This document shows positions 30,330-40,290 of a stretch of DNA of 64,000 bases, piece by piece. A model generated the notes under the pieces. The model was not told where the DNA came from. It ran no database searches and saw only the letters and a list, made by a program, of their open reading frames with translations. The position numbers and the translations under genes are program-made. The number at the start of each line of letters is the position of its first letter. Position 1 is the first letter of the stretch. The stretch comes from an uncultured virus (IMG/VR IMGVR_UViG_3300029913_001576). Taxonomy: Duplodnaviria; Heunggongvirae; Uroviricota; Caudoviricetes. Where the stretch lies: IMG/VR virus record IMGVR_UViG_3300029913_001576; one strand, 5' to 3'.

Positions 30330-30369
30330 GCGCGTGTCGTGTCCGACTTGAAATCGGGCACGATTGACC

Positions 30370-30404
30370 AAGGGGGGCCAATCGCGAGGTTGGCCCCCCT
30401 TTCT
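30370..30404 (+). terminator. intrinsic terminator after the pilin gene
   Basis: AAGGGGGGCCAA-8 nt-TTGGCCCCCCTT hairpin followed by TCT. Confidence 0.65.
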
Positions 30405-30418
30405 ATCTCGCCCTCTCC

Positions 30419-32848
30419 GTGTACCCTGTCTCCCTCGAAGCCATAGCGGCGATTCCCGCTGTTTCCGAAGCTCCCACGTGGACACCGGAACAGGAGGAGA
30501 TTTTTAACGTCCCCTATGGATTCCACGTCGTCGTTGCCAATGCTGGCACTGGCAAAACGGCTACCGCAGCTGAACTGATCGTTCGCCGGTACGTGGAGGA
30601 GGAAACGAAGTTATTCACCCCACCCCCCGGGGGGCATGTCGGAGGGGACCAGCAGACAGCTTTGCTGAAGCAGATCCTGGCGGTGACCTTCACTCGGGAC
30701 GCAGCAAAAGAGCTGGATGACCGGATCTATTTTCGTTTCGCGGAACTCGGGATACCAACCCCACTCGACCGAGGGGGCCGGCGTTACCGCATCTCTCGAA
30801 CGATTGACGCGTATGTGCAGCGCTGGATGTGGGGCAAGAGCCTGATCGAGGCACTCCTTAAGATCGACCCGGACATCCTGGGCTGTGTCGAGGAGAAGCT
30901 GGGGAAGATGCCGTTCGACACTCGGAACGCCATGGTTGAGGCAGGCAATGGGAACCCTTGCGTTGGATTCTTCCGCGCTTGGCCGTGGCTGAAAGGGGAC
31001 GACGTAGCGGACATCATTTTTGACACCCTGCACCGGGATGAGGAAGCCGCGATCCCAGGGCTGACGCCCTCGACGTGGCCCGACGATTTCGATGCGATGC
31101 TCAAAACCCTGGGGCCTCCGCCACCGCGCGTCGAAGTTGCCCCGGGAGAGCTGCGGATGGCCCCCTGGGGGGATGCCTTCTGGACCCCCCACATCGAGAA
31201 GTGGCGCGACCACCGCCGCGTGATGAGGGATCTGACAGACCGGTTTCAAGCGGGTGAACTGGCAGGGCACTCGCACGAGGATCTGGTCAGGAAGCTCACG
31301 ATCCACGAGGAACACGAAGCGGCGCGCCGGGAATTCTTCGCGATACTGGAGTTGGCGAGGTCTCGCGGTTACCATCCTGTACGCGCTCACGACAAGCTCG
31401 CCTCACTTGCGGTGCTCCAGGAAATCGCAGCAAGCCTCCACTGGGATGGGTTTGACCAGTTCCACAGTTTCGCGCTCCGATTCTATGCCGAAAAGCTGCG
31501 GTACGGGGTCATGGATTACACGGATTTCCTCCTGGCATGCGTCGATACCCTTGAGCAGAACGCGGAACTCGTCGAACGCGACAAGGAGTACCCGAGGCGG
31601 GGCATCCGGAGGAAGTACATCTATTACGACGAAACCCAGGACAACAGTGTGACGAACAATCGCCTGTTCAAGCGCCTGTGCGCGAAGCAGGGCGTTCCGT
31701 ACCTCGCCGTGGCTATTGGTGACGCAAAACAGGCGATCTACGGCTTCCGTGGTGCTTGCTCCTACGGCTTCGGGCAGATGATCGAGTCGATCCAGAAGAC
31801 AAACCCTCAGAACATCCATCACTTGACTTGCAGTTTCCGTTCGCAGGCCAAGATCGTGGCCTTGGGGAATGAGTGCGTCCTTACGCTGCCCAGCTACAAG
31901 GACACCGTCCACCCGAGCCACACCGTGTACACGGAGCCAGGGGACATTGTGATCGCGCCACCTCTGGCGACTGAAATCGAGGAGTCGGACTGGGTAATGG
32001 AACGCGTGAGGGAAATCCTCTACAACACGACGGAGTCGGTACTGCTCCTGCACCGCAACAATTTGTACGAACACCCGATAGTGCCCCACGTCACAGAGCT
32101 TAAGAAGGAGTTTGGCTCCAGGATCACCCTGATGACCATTCACCGTTCGAAGGGGCTTCAGGCGCACCACTGCTTCGTCATGGGGCTGACGGCGACGCTG
32201 CTGCCCGACGTGAGGACCAGTTACAACCAAAGCGTAAACCTCCTCTACGTGGCGCTTACCCGTCCACGCAAGGCCCTCTATCTGACCGCCCCGTACATGC
32301 TTCGGAGGCCGAACAAGGATGGCGTTCTCGACGACAAGCGGGTCGGCCCTTCGCCTTTCCTCTTTCGGCTGCCGACCCTGTGCAACCTTGCTCAGCACGC
32401 GGGCTGGCCGCTCGCCATGATGGAAGCGGGAGAAACCAGTACGCGACAGGCGGCGGCACTGCTGGTCTCGCGCATCGGAGGAAAGGAGATGGACCTCCGG
32501 AAGCAGTGGAGAGCCCTGTGGCCCCATGTGAAGCTGAAGGACTCGGACGGCGATGAGTACACCGCCGAAACAGGGTCGGCTGCGCCCTCCCCCGCAATCA
32601 AGCTCGTTTCTCGCCGCAGCCTCTACGAAGACGGCAAACTGGTCTTGGATGCGGCTCCTGTCCTATCCGAGGGAATCAAGGAGCGGGTGGAGGCTAAAAT
32701 GAGGCAGGCGTACATGAAAAACGGACAAGCCCCTCGCCTGGGCCGGGATGAGTTCATGTACGCCCTGAAGCAGGGCTGGATTGAGCAACCCGAGGGGGCA
32801 AAAATCTGGAAGGTCTCGATGAAGTTCGCGTCCCTCTGCTCTGCGTGA
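30419..32848 (+). CDS. UvrD/REP-family SF1A helicase
   Basis: ANAGTGKT, TFTRDAAKEL, DETQD, GDAKQAIYGFRG, TIHRSKGL, YVALTRPR. Confidence 0.9.
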   Translation: MYPVSLEAIAAIPAVSEAPTWTPEQEEIFNVPYGFHVVVANAGTGKTATAAELIVRRYVEEETKLFTPPPGGHVGGDQQTALLKQILAVTFTRDAAKELDDRIYFRFAELGIPTPLDRGGRRYRISRTIDAYVQRWMWGKSLIEALLKIDPDILGCVEEKLGKMPFDTRNAMVEAGNGNPCVGFFRAWPWLKGDDVADIIFDTLHRDEEAAIPGLTPSTWPDDFDAMLKTLGPPPPRVEVAPGELRMAPWGDAFWTPHIEKWRDHRRVMRDLTDRFQAGELAGHSHEDLVRKLTIHEEHEAARREFFAILELARSRGYHPVRAHDKLASLAVLQEIAASLHWDGFDQFHSFALRFYAEKLRYGVMDYTDFLLACVDTLEQNAELVERDKEYPRRGIRRKYIYYDETQDNSVTNNRLFKRLCAKQGVPYLAVAIGDAKQAIYGFRGACSYGFGQMIESIQKTNPQNIHHLTCSFRSQAKIVALGNECVLTLPSYKDTVHPSHTVYTEPGDIVIAPPLATEIEESDWVMERVREILYNTTESVLLLHRNNLYEHPIVPHVTELKKEFGSRITLMTIHRSKGLQAHHCFVMGLTATLLPDVRTSYNQSVNLLYVALTRPRKALYLTAPYMLRRPNKDGVLDDKRVGPSPFLFRLPTLCNLAQHAGWPLAMMEAGETSTRQAAALLVSRIGGKEMDLRKQWRALWPHVKLKDSDGDEYTAETGSAAPSPAIKLVSRRSLYEDGKLVLDAAPVLSEGIKERVEAKMRQAYMKNGQAPRLGRDEFMYALKQGWIEQPEGAKIWKVSMKFASLCSA

Positions 32849-32879
32849 GAACTCCCCTGATCACCCCATACTTATAGGG

Positions 32880-34214
32880 ATGCAAGTCCAAGACAAACGT
32901 CACCGCCCCAACTGGGACAAGGACCGCCTTGGGACCTACTTTGTACGGGGGATTCGTCGCGACAAGGCGCCGGTGGGTAACGTCTACTCTGAGAAGGGGG
33001 ACAAGAACGATCCTGGTTCGGAAAAGAAGGCCGAGATCAAGGAGGTTATGACCCTCCTGCTCTACAACCCGAAGACGAAGGAGACGATGGAGGTCATCAT
33101 TGACCCTCGGCACCCTCAGTCCCGGGACCAGCTAAAGATCGCCCAGGACGTGATCGAGGGCCGCGTTGGCGGGCTCACCCCTGTCCGCATGGCCGTTGAG
33201 AGGGCTTCTGCGCTGGACAAGGAGGGCAATGAGGTCGCCGGCACGGAGATCGACCGCGTTGGCGAAATGGAGTCGCCAGCCATGTCGAGGGGGCAGACCA
33301 GCGTCTCAGCCTTCGGGAAGAAGATCGGTGAATGGACGCCCGAGCTGGATGCGGCCGTGGACAGGGCGGTTTCACTCAAAGCCGCCAAGGCGGCCTCTGC
33401 GTACTTTGGAAACGTCGAGATGGGCGGGGTGGAATGGGCTGCCGTTCAAGATCGCGCGCGGGCAAAACTCACAGAGCACTGGAAAGGGCAGATCCCCGAC
33501 GACGCGATTGCTGCGAAGATCGCCCTGTATGAGCCGCAGAATCCACAGGAGATGTTCGATGGCCGCTTTCAGGATCGCAACGGGCGCGAAATCCAGGGGG
33601 CATTTGACGCCACCCGGGAGCCGCCGCCAGTGGACAACCGCACTGCCGAGGCCCAGTATTTCTACCAGCAATCCCTGGTGGAGTCGTTTGCCGAGCAGAT
33701 GCAAACTGAGGGAGGCGGGCTTCTCGAAGCGACCCAGGGCGAACTGATGAAGGACGGGATTATCCCCGTAAAGAAGCCCGGCGTTGACCCCAAGATTGCC
33801 GACTCGATCAATTACGAGAGGGCGCGGGCCGTAGGTGCCCACCTGCTCGGAGGATACCAACAGGCCCGCGGCGCCGCCATCATCAACGCGCGCCTCGCCG
33901 GCGAACTCGCAGACCCCGGCTCGCTGAACAGCGACGTAAATGGATTCATGGAGTCTGAGGGCCTCAGCCAAGACCAAAAGGGGGAATTCTACCTGGGGGT
34001 CGCTGGCGCTCGGAGCCATGCCTATCATATGGACGCAAAACAAGGGGTAAAACTCGCCGCAGAAAAGTGCATCAAGGCTCCTGAGGACCTGAAGGCAAAG
34101 GAGCATGAGGCCAAGAAAGAGGAACTGCTCTCGGGAGCGCACAGTTTCCTCGAAGGGCACCTCAAGGAGGCTTCAAAGGCGGTCGAGGGAGTCGAGACCA
34201 TCGCGTTCATGTAG
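32880..34214 (+). CDS. hypothetical protein
   Basis: 444 aa; ATG 7 nt after CATACT. Confidence 0.75.
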   Translation: MQVQDKRHRPNWDKDRLGTYFVRGIRRDKAPVGNVYSEKGDKNDPGSEKKAEIKEVMTLLLYNPKTKETMEVIIDPRHPQSRDQLKIAQDVIEGRVGGLTPVRMAVERASALDKEGNEVAGTEIDRVGEMESPAMSRGQTSVSAFGKKIGEWTPELDAAVDRAVSLKAAKAASAYFGNVEMGGVEWAAVQDRARAKLTEHWKGQIPDDAIAAKIALYEPQNPQEMFDGRFQDRNGREIQGAFDATREPPPVDNRTAEAQYFYQQSLVESFAEQMQTEGGGLLEATQGELMKDGIIPVKKPGVDPKIADSINYERARAVGAHLLGGYQQARGAAIINARLAGELADPGSLNSDVNGFMESEGLSQDQKGEFYLGVAGARSHAYHMDAKQGVKLAAEKCIKAPEDLKAKEHEAKKEELLSGAHSFLEGHLKEASKAVEGVETIAFM

Positions 34215-34217
34215 ACC

Positions 34218-35048
34218 ATGGCTGCTGCACTCGAAAGCTCCCCTCTCGCTCTGCTTTACCCTGCCCTGGGGAAGCTGCTTTCGTCGCCCGGATTTGTCAG
34301 CGCCTTGATCGACGCCAAGTGGCTGGAGAACATAGACCCCCTCCTGAAGGTCCCGGATTTGATCTCAGGGGAAGATCAGCATTGGCCGAGCCTGCTCGAA
34401 GCCTCCCCCACCCTCAAGGATCTTGACCTTCCCAGTGACGGTTCCGCCGCAGGAGATGCCATGAGGAATGCACGGCGCGCGGCCCTGCGAACAATCGCTG
34501 TCGCCGCCGGCCTCGGGAAACAAAAATTCGCTCAGACCGCGCTCTTCGGAGGAGAGCCGTTTCTCAAAGTCACGCTCGGCGGGGGGATAGAACTCAAGCT
34601 GGGGCGCTGCGAGTCAGTTCGGTGGGCGTCGTCTCCTGTGGCCGTGAACAAGGCCAAGGAACTGGCCCAGAAACCCGAGATCGTAGACATCGCGGAGAAG
34701 GGGTTGATGCCCCTTCTGGGTTATGGCGAAGCCCAGTTCCCTGAGGTGTACGGCTACTGGATGATGCTGCTGCCGCTTCGCAATTTCGACACGCGCTCAA
34801 GGTTCCCGCTTCTCCTGCCTGGAGCACGGCTACCTGCCGTGCCGAACGGATACGAGAGCCGCTACTCCGCAGCGGAAGTTGAGGGGGCAGGCGTGCCTTT
34901 CTCCGTCGCGGCAAAGATAGCGACGCCGTATATCGCCAAGGTCGTTCGCCAAGTGCGCTCGGAGGTGGTTCCAGAGAAACTTCCCGACCAAGAGCGGCTC
35001 GAAGAGATTCTCGCGTGGGCGCTCGCGAAAGCCGACCGCGAAGACTAG
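34218..35048 (+). CDS. hypothetical protein
   Basis: 276 aa; starts 3 nt after the upstream stop. Confidence 0.7.
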   Translation: MAAALESSPLALLYPALGKLLSSPGFVSALIDAKWLENIDPLLKVPDLISGEDQHWPSLLEASPTLKDLDLPSDGSAAGDAMRNARRAALRTIAVAAGLGKQKFAQTALFGGEPFLKVTLGGGIELKLGRCESVRWASSPVAVNKAKELAQKPEIVDIAEKGLMPLLGYGEAQFPEVYGYWMMLLPLRNFDTRSRFPLLLPGARLPAVPNGYESRYSAAEVEGAGVPFSVAAKIATPYIAKVVRQVRSEVVPEKLPDQERLEEILAWALAKADRED

Positions 35049-35875
35049 GTCTGGCGCAGGTACGCCTCTAGCTCGTCGGGAGTAACAAAGCCGGCGGCTT
35101 CGTCACCGCAAATGCAAGCCTCCCTGAACCTCGTCGCGAGCTGATCGTCCCACTGCTTGATAAGGTCCTTCTTCTCGCGGGCCGTCTTGCCGCGGAACTC
35201 GAAATTCAGCGCATTCTGGAGCGCCCAATAGGACCGTGGCGCAATACCCATCTCGCCGGCCACGGAACTGTTCGGCGTGCAGCATAGCGCGAAACGGTTC
35301 CTCAACGTGGCGGCACCTTCGGGCAAATCAGGATCTCCCTTGATCGTCGAGTAATACTCCGGAGCAACAACGCCAAGCGTGTGAGAGTCGATGGCGAGCA
35401 CCGTGTTCGGCTCGTCATTCCCGAGGGCGATATTGAGGATGGCCAGCGACCCGTTGGCGAAATTGCCCATGAGCATCGCGCACGTCGCATAAGCCCAGTG
35501 TTCGTCGGGGAAATTGATAATGGAATTCACGACCGCCTCAACCTCCGTCAACGTGCGCTCCCACAGAGCTGTCATTGCGGCCGCTGACCGCTCCGGCTGC
35601 GCAGAGATCGTCGTCGCGAATGCGAGGAGCTGCTTTACGAGGTAGCGATGAAGGGGTTCGTTGACGCCGTCGCTATCAATGACACAGATGCCGGACTCGA
35701 CGACCCAATCCCTGCCAGCGCGCTTGCCTCGGATTTGGAAACGGAGGCACCAGAGCATGGAGTCGAGTTGCTGTTCCATTTGGGACTCGGGGGCACTGGG
35801 CAAAATGAATCCCGGGAAGGTAGCTTGGCCGGGGTGTCTGGCCAGTTCTTGGAGAAGCGCCATGTTGGAAATCAT
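35045..35875 (-). CDS. hypothetical protein
   Basis: 276 aa; convergent with the previous gene. Confidence 0.7.
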   Translation of the reverse strand: MISNMALLQELARHPGQATFPGFILPSAPESQMEQQLDSMLWCLRFQIRGKRAGRDWVVESGICVIDSDGVNEPLHRYLVKQLLAFATTISAQPERSAAAMTALWERTLTEVEAVVNSIINFPDEHWAYATCAMLMGNFANGSLAILNIALGNDEPNTVLAIDSHTLGVVAPEYYSTIKGDPDLPEGAATLRNRFALCCTPNSSVAGEMGIAPRSYWALQNALNFEFRGKTAREKKDLIKQWDDQLATRFREACICGDEAAGFVTPDELEAYLRQT

Positions 35876-35937
35876 CGCCGCTTCAAGGCGTCAATCAAGT
35901 TGATTTACCGATATTTCGCGTGAAAAGCTAAGTAAAT

Positions 35938-36237
35938 TCACGTAGCCGCCCCCACCCCCCGGGGGGCCTCCAACGAGGCGTACCAGCGAGCAATTGTGCG
36001 GCGTAGCAGGTCGTCAATCAGGAGTGTGCCGGTGCCTGCCATGACCGCCGGCGCAACGGTGGCAGGGATATGCATGACCGCGCCGTGATGATGCCGAGCG
36101 GTCTTCACCGTCGAGGCAATTTCGGGGTGCTCGGCCGCCAAGAGCGACAACATCCCGTCCGGGCGTAGGAGCGCGTGGTACTCGTCTCCGCCGAGAAAGA
36201 CATCCAGTCCTTCTGAGGATTTGCTAAGGACTTCCAT
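35938..36237 (-). CDS. hypothetical protein
   Basis: 99 aa; coupled to the PLD-like gene. Confidence 0.55.
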   Translation of the reverse strand: MEVLSKSSEGLDVFLGGDEYHALLRPDGMLSLLAAEHPEIASTVKTARHHHGAVMHIPATVAPAVMAGTGTLLIDDLLRRTIARWYASLEAPRGVGAAT

Positions 36238-36787
36238 TGTATGTGGGCAGCCAACTCCTTATGAGCGCGAAGCATGTGGCCGCAGTCTGGTCATGGGCGA
36301 AGATGAGAATTGGGACATCCTCGGTCTTCATCTGGTCGGAGGAGAGAATTGGGGACGTGCAGACGATGGCCGTGGAGCGGTCGGAAACGAGCATGAACCC
36401 TCGAATGGGCATCGTGCTCACGTAGACGGGGATTTGGTGCTGGATCAGCCAGGCCCGAGCCCCGGCCGGGGGATTCGAGTTGTTGAGGGCTTGGGCGCCC
36501 GAGAGCACCACGGCTACCGAAACCCTCTTGGTGCCGGCCTTTTCTAAAGCCTCCAGCACGCTCTTGTTGTTGATGAAGTCCGCTCCGAGAACGATGGAGG
36601 ACCTCGAATGGCCGATTACCTCTATCAGGGCGGGCACACTGTCTGCCCCTCGCTCTACTAGGTGCCCGAAGATGTAGGGCCTGTAGCCGAGCTTCTTGGC
36701 TACGTACGGGGTAAGAGTGAGCCCGATGGCAGTAGCTGCCGAAACGAGCCCCAGAATAGCTAGGGTCAGAAAGATAACACGCTTCAC
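36224..36787 (-). CDS. phospholipase D/Nuc-fold protein with degenerate HKD motif
   Basis: N-terminal TM helix; LIEVIGHSRSSIVL...VLEALEKA...VSVAVVL; the HKD position reads IRGFMLVSD. Confidence 0.6.
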   Translation of the reverse strand: MKRVIFLTLAILGLVSAATAIGLTLTPYVAKKLGYRPYIFGHLVERGADSVPALIEVIGHSRSSIVLGADFINNKSVLEALEKAGTKRVSVAVVLSGAQALNNSNPPAGARAWLIQHQIPVYVSTMPIRGFMLVSDRSTAIVCTSPILSSDQMKTEDVPILIFAHDQTAATCFALIRSWLPTYNGSP

Positions 36788-36794
36788 TCCTATA

Positions 36795-36822
36795 AATTAT
36801 GGGGGCTCGCTCCCCCATAATT
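36795..36822. promoter_or_regulatory. back-to-back CCCCCATAATT promoter motifs driving divergent genes
   Basis: AATTATGGGGG-ctcgct-CCCCCATAATT between starts at 36787 (-) and 36832 (+). Confidence 0.7.
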
Positions 36823-36831
36823 AGAGGTATC

Positions 36832-37146
36832 ATGACACGCAGAGAGTATTTCGCTCGCCGGTTCGTCATCGCCCTGGCCCGTCACATCCCCGTGGAGACC
36901 CCAGGATGGGCTACCGCGATGATCTTTGTCCCCCTGATCTTCGCCACAACCCTTGTCCGGGGGACGATTACGGCATTTGAGCACCTTGGTGCGGTGGGGA
37001 AGCTCTTTACCCACAAGCAACTTGTCTGGACGGAAATCTTCATCTTCTGCCTGGCGCTGTTCGTCTCCCTCAGCTTCCTGTGCCGGCTCCTCCAGATTTG
37101 CTGCCCGAAATACTACGACATGTACAAGGTAGAGGAGGAAAGTTGA
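36832..37146 (+). CDS. membrane protein upstream of the coupling protein
   Basis: Two TM helices; CATAAT motif upstream. Confidence 0.6.
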   Translation: MTRREYFARRFVIALARHIPVETPGWATAMIFVPLIFATTLVRGTITAFEHLGAVGKLFTHKQLVWTEIFIFCLALFVSLSFLCRLLQICCPKYYDMYKVEEES

Positions 37147-40100
37147 GCGGGGGCTTGCTAGCACCTTTGGGCGATGTGGTTCCTCTCACGAGGAAGCAGA
37201 CCTTCGTCGCTGGCGTCGCTACGGGAGCGATGTTTTTCCCAATGTACGGACTGGTGTCGCAGACCTTCAGCACGCTTGCGGTGGCATACGGCCAAAACGA
37301 CACGCCGGCGAAGGCTCTGAGCACCGTAGTGGGTCTTGGCCTCGCCCCGTTTCTCCTCGGGCGCTGGCAGCTGCTAAACGAGATGTCGCCTCCGCAGAAG
37401 AAGAAGTACCGCGGACTGCGCATCGGGCCGGTACGCGCAACCGAGACGGATCTCTGCACGGGCATGCTGGTCCTCGGTGCCACAGGAACGGGTAAAACCT
37501 CTCGCGTCTTGCTCCCTGCCGTCGAGGATTTTTTCAACACGTATAATGTTGAAGATCCCGATGTTTACAGCAAAGACCCGTTCCAAAAATTAGGGGGGTA
37601 CTGCATCGAGGTTAAGGGCAAGTTTTTTGAGGTCATGGTCACTTTGGCGCATCGCGCAGGGCGCAATGCTTCGACCGATGTCCGCGTCATCCGCGCCAAC
37701 AGCACCCTCCCTGTTGTGGAGTTCAAAGATGAGCACGGGCGCAAATTCCTTCTGAACGGCCAACCATGCTCCACGGGCAGTGAAGTCTCGTTGCTCTATA
37801 AGGGGTACAAGTTCAAGTCAGGCGAGGCCATCGAGAGCACCCTATTCAAGCGCATCCGCCTCCAAGACCTGGAGAAGAAGGAAGAGGAGCTGCGCGAAAT
37901 GGCCGTCAAGGTTCACGACGACGTGCGTTTCATCGGCTGGCGGTGGAAGGCCGGGAAACTGCACCGGGTGAAGCAGACCTTGAAAAAGGACACCCCGGAA
38001 TTCACCGGAGAGGTAATCGTCGCCCCGAAGAAACTCTATTACGTCAAGACGCTCCATCTGAGCAACGGGCTCCGCTACAACCTGATAGACCCACGTGTTC
38101 CTTCTTCGGAAGCCGCCGAGCGCATCTCGATGGTCGCCAAGATGACGACCGGCGAGGGCAAGAATTCCGGCGGCAACGAATACTTCTACCAGGCTGCTTC
38201 CAAGACGGTCGAGGCGGCCATTCGTCTCCAGCGCATAATCTCTCCCAAAACGGAGGTCACCGTCCTGGAGATCAATCGCTTGATCGCGCACGAGTCTGCA
38301 CTCCATGCCGCGCTGAACATCCTGTCCTCGATCAAGGTCGCGATGCAGCAGAAGAAGACGGCCGCCGAAAAAGGCGGCGACAACGACGGAGCTTACGAAC
38401 TCTCCAAGACGATACTCTCCTATGACGATCTCGGGAAATTCTTCACCGAGGAGTGGCTGAAACTCAAAGCCACCCCCACAGGTTCCAGCATCCAATCAAC
38501 GATCACCAACCTCTTCGGCCCGTTCATGAGGGACCCGCAGTTGGCGGAGACCTTCTGTACGCCCGCCACATTCTCGTTCGATGACTGCATGCAGAAGGGG
38601 ACCGTCTTCTGCTTTGTCCCTGGGTCCGAGTACGAAATGCTGAGCCGCACCCTCGGAACCGTGCTCAAGATGGACTGGCAGTCCCGGATGCTTCGCCGGG
38701 TCTCAGAAGGATCGGACTCGCTCAACAAAAATCGCCTTGTCCTTCACGTGGCCGATGAGTGCCAGGCGTTCATCATTTCGGGCTCGCAGGATGCTGGTGA
38801 CCCGAAGTTCATGTCGCTCTCTCGCGAATCGAGGGTAGTGAACATCTGCGCGACGCAGAGCGAAGCGTGGGTTTACAGCGCCATTTCCCAGAACGAGGCC
38901 CGGGTCTGGTTACAGAGCTTCGGTACCCGGGTTTGGCTGACGCAAACGGACATGGAGACCAACAAACGGGCCTCCGAGTTGTGCGGGATGATTAAGAAGG
39001 AGAAGCGCACCCATACCCAGCAACTGCACGTTGGCGATCTCGTCCAGGGCAAGGAGGGCACAGCGAAGCAGCAGATGTCCTACGAGGAGAAACAGCGCTA
39101 CGAGCCACACGAGTACACCCAGTTGAAGAATGATGAGGCGATCTGCTTCAACAAAGGCGAGGGGCTGCTCGATGTCGGGATGGGCGACTGCAAGGCGATG
39201 AAGGCGAAGATTCCGTGGAGGTGGATTACTTCGGACGCAGGCGCCGCGATCATCGCTGACCGGATGCGTTGGTGGTTCTGCGAAGTTTGGGAAAATGACC
39301 TTTGCAATGCCGGTCGCACCGGGCTGATGGATACCGGCGGCCCTGAGATCGTCGATGATCCGCTGCCTGTGCTCCCATTAGAGTCGGACCCCGACGGCGT
39401 GCTTCCGCAAGCGGTGATCCCGGCGGCCCCGCCCTCGACCGCCCCACAAGCTGCCGTCGCCCCGACTGCGCCGCTTTCCGGGACGGCGACGCCCCCTCCT
39501 GCCTCAGGCGCGGCCCAACCGCCCGCCGCCCCGCCGCCAAGTGCCCCTCCCGCGAGCGCTCCGCCTGCTGCGTCCGCACCGTCGGTGCCGCCTGGCCCTC
39601 CCCCTCCACCGGCCACCTCCGGGGCACCGCCGGCCTCGGGGCTTCAGCAGAAGCGTGAAGATCCCCCTGTTACGAAGACAATCGACGCGGGCGACCTGCT
39701 TGCAAAGGCAGGGCAGCACCCTCTCGGGAAGATGACTCCCCCCGGAGGGGATCTTCCTGTGCAAGTGGACAGCGTCAAAGACGGCAAAGATCCGTCTTCT
39801 GGAACGCCGCTCAGGGCGGCACCCATCCCACCGAACACTGACGCTGCGCCGACAGCCGAGGCACCACCGCCGTCGGCACCGGCTGGGGAGAAGAAACTGA
39901 CGCCCGCAGAACTTGCGAAGCAGGAGCGGGCCTACAAGGAGCTGATTGAGGGGAACCCCTTCTTGCTTGTGACGTATGAGGATGTCGCAGGCGTCGAGAA
40001 GTCGCGCGCTTTGGCACGCCAGCGCTCCGAAATGCCGCCGGAAGACGTGGCTGTCACGGCTTCGGGTGGCATGGTCGCGGGCAACAAGGGAATCGTTCGG

Positions 40101-40286
40101 GATGCCGCTGAGAAGGCCGGCGCGAAGGCGGACACGTTCAGGGCGCCCGCCGACCTCGTGGATGCCAACAGCGCTGGGGCGGAATTGAATCGCAGGACAG
40201 TGGAGGCAATTTCCGGCAAACTCGCAGCTCCGGATGCCGTCAAGACGGCCGCCGGCTCTCTGAAGGAAGAATGGGTGAACTTCTAG
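37143..40286 (+). CDS. virD4: type IV coupling protein (VirD4/TraD family) with long Pro/Ala-rich tail
   Basis: N-terminal TM helices, GATGTGKT, YNLIDP, VADECQ, SRESRVVNICATQS; TTG start at 37143 inferred from overlap with the upstream stop. Confidence 0.85.
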   Translation: MSGGLLAPLGDVVPLTRKQTFVAGVATGAMFFPMYGLVSQTFSTLAVAYGQNDTPAKALSTVVGLGLAPFLLGRWQLLNEMSPPQKKKYRGLRIGPVRATETDLCTGMLVLGATGTGKTSRVLLPAVEDFFNTYNVEDPDVYSKDPFQKLGGYCIEVKGKFFEVMVTLAHRAGRNASTDVRVIRANSTLPVVEFKDEHGRKFLLNGQPCSTGSEVSLLYKGYKFKSGEAIESTLFKRIRLQDLEKKEEELREMAVKVHDDVRFIGWRWKAGKLHRVKQTLKKDTPEFTGEVIVAPKKLYYVKTLHLSNGLRYNLIDPRVPSSEAAERISMVAKMTTGEGKNSGGNEYFYQAASKTVEAAIRLQRIISPKTEVTVLEINRLIAHESALHAALNILSSIKVAMQQKKTAAEKGGDNDGAYELSKTILSYDDLGKFFTEEWLKLKATPTGSSIQSTITNLFGPFMRDPQLAETFCTPATFSFDDCMQKGTVFCFVPGSEYEMLSRTLGTVLKMDWQSRMLRRVSEGSDSLNKNRLVLHVADECQAFIISGSQDAGDPKFMSLSRESRVVNICATQSEAWVYSAISQNEARVWLQSFGTRVWLTQTDMETNKRASELCGMIKKEKRTHTQQLHVGDLVQGKEGTAKQQMSYEEKQRYEPHEYTQLKNDEAICFNKGEGLLDVGMGDCKAMKAKIPWRWITSDAGAAIIADRMRWWFCEVWENDLCNAGRTGLMDTGGPEIVDDPLPVLPLESDPDGVLPQAVIPAAPPSTAPQAAVAPTAPLSGTATPPPASGAAQPPAAPPPSAPPASAPPAASAPSVPPGPPPPPATSGAPPASGLQQKREDPPVTKTIDAGDLLAKAGQHPLGKMTPPGGDLPVQVDSVKDGKDPSSGTPLRAAPIPPNTDAAPTAEAPPPSAPAGEKKLTPAELAKQERAYKELIEGNPFLLVTYEDVAGVEKSRALARQRSEMPPEDVAVTASGGMVAGNKGIVRDAAEKAGAKADTFRAPADLVDANSAGAELNRRTVEAISGKLAAPDAVKTAAGSLKEEWVNF

Positions 40287-40290
40287 CGCC

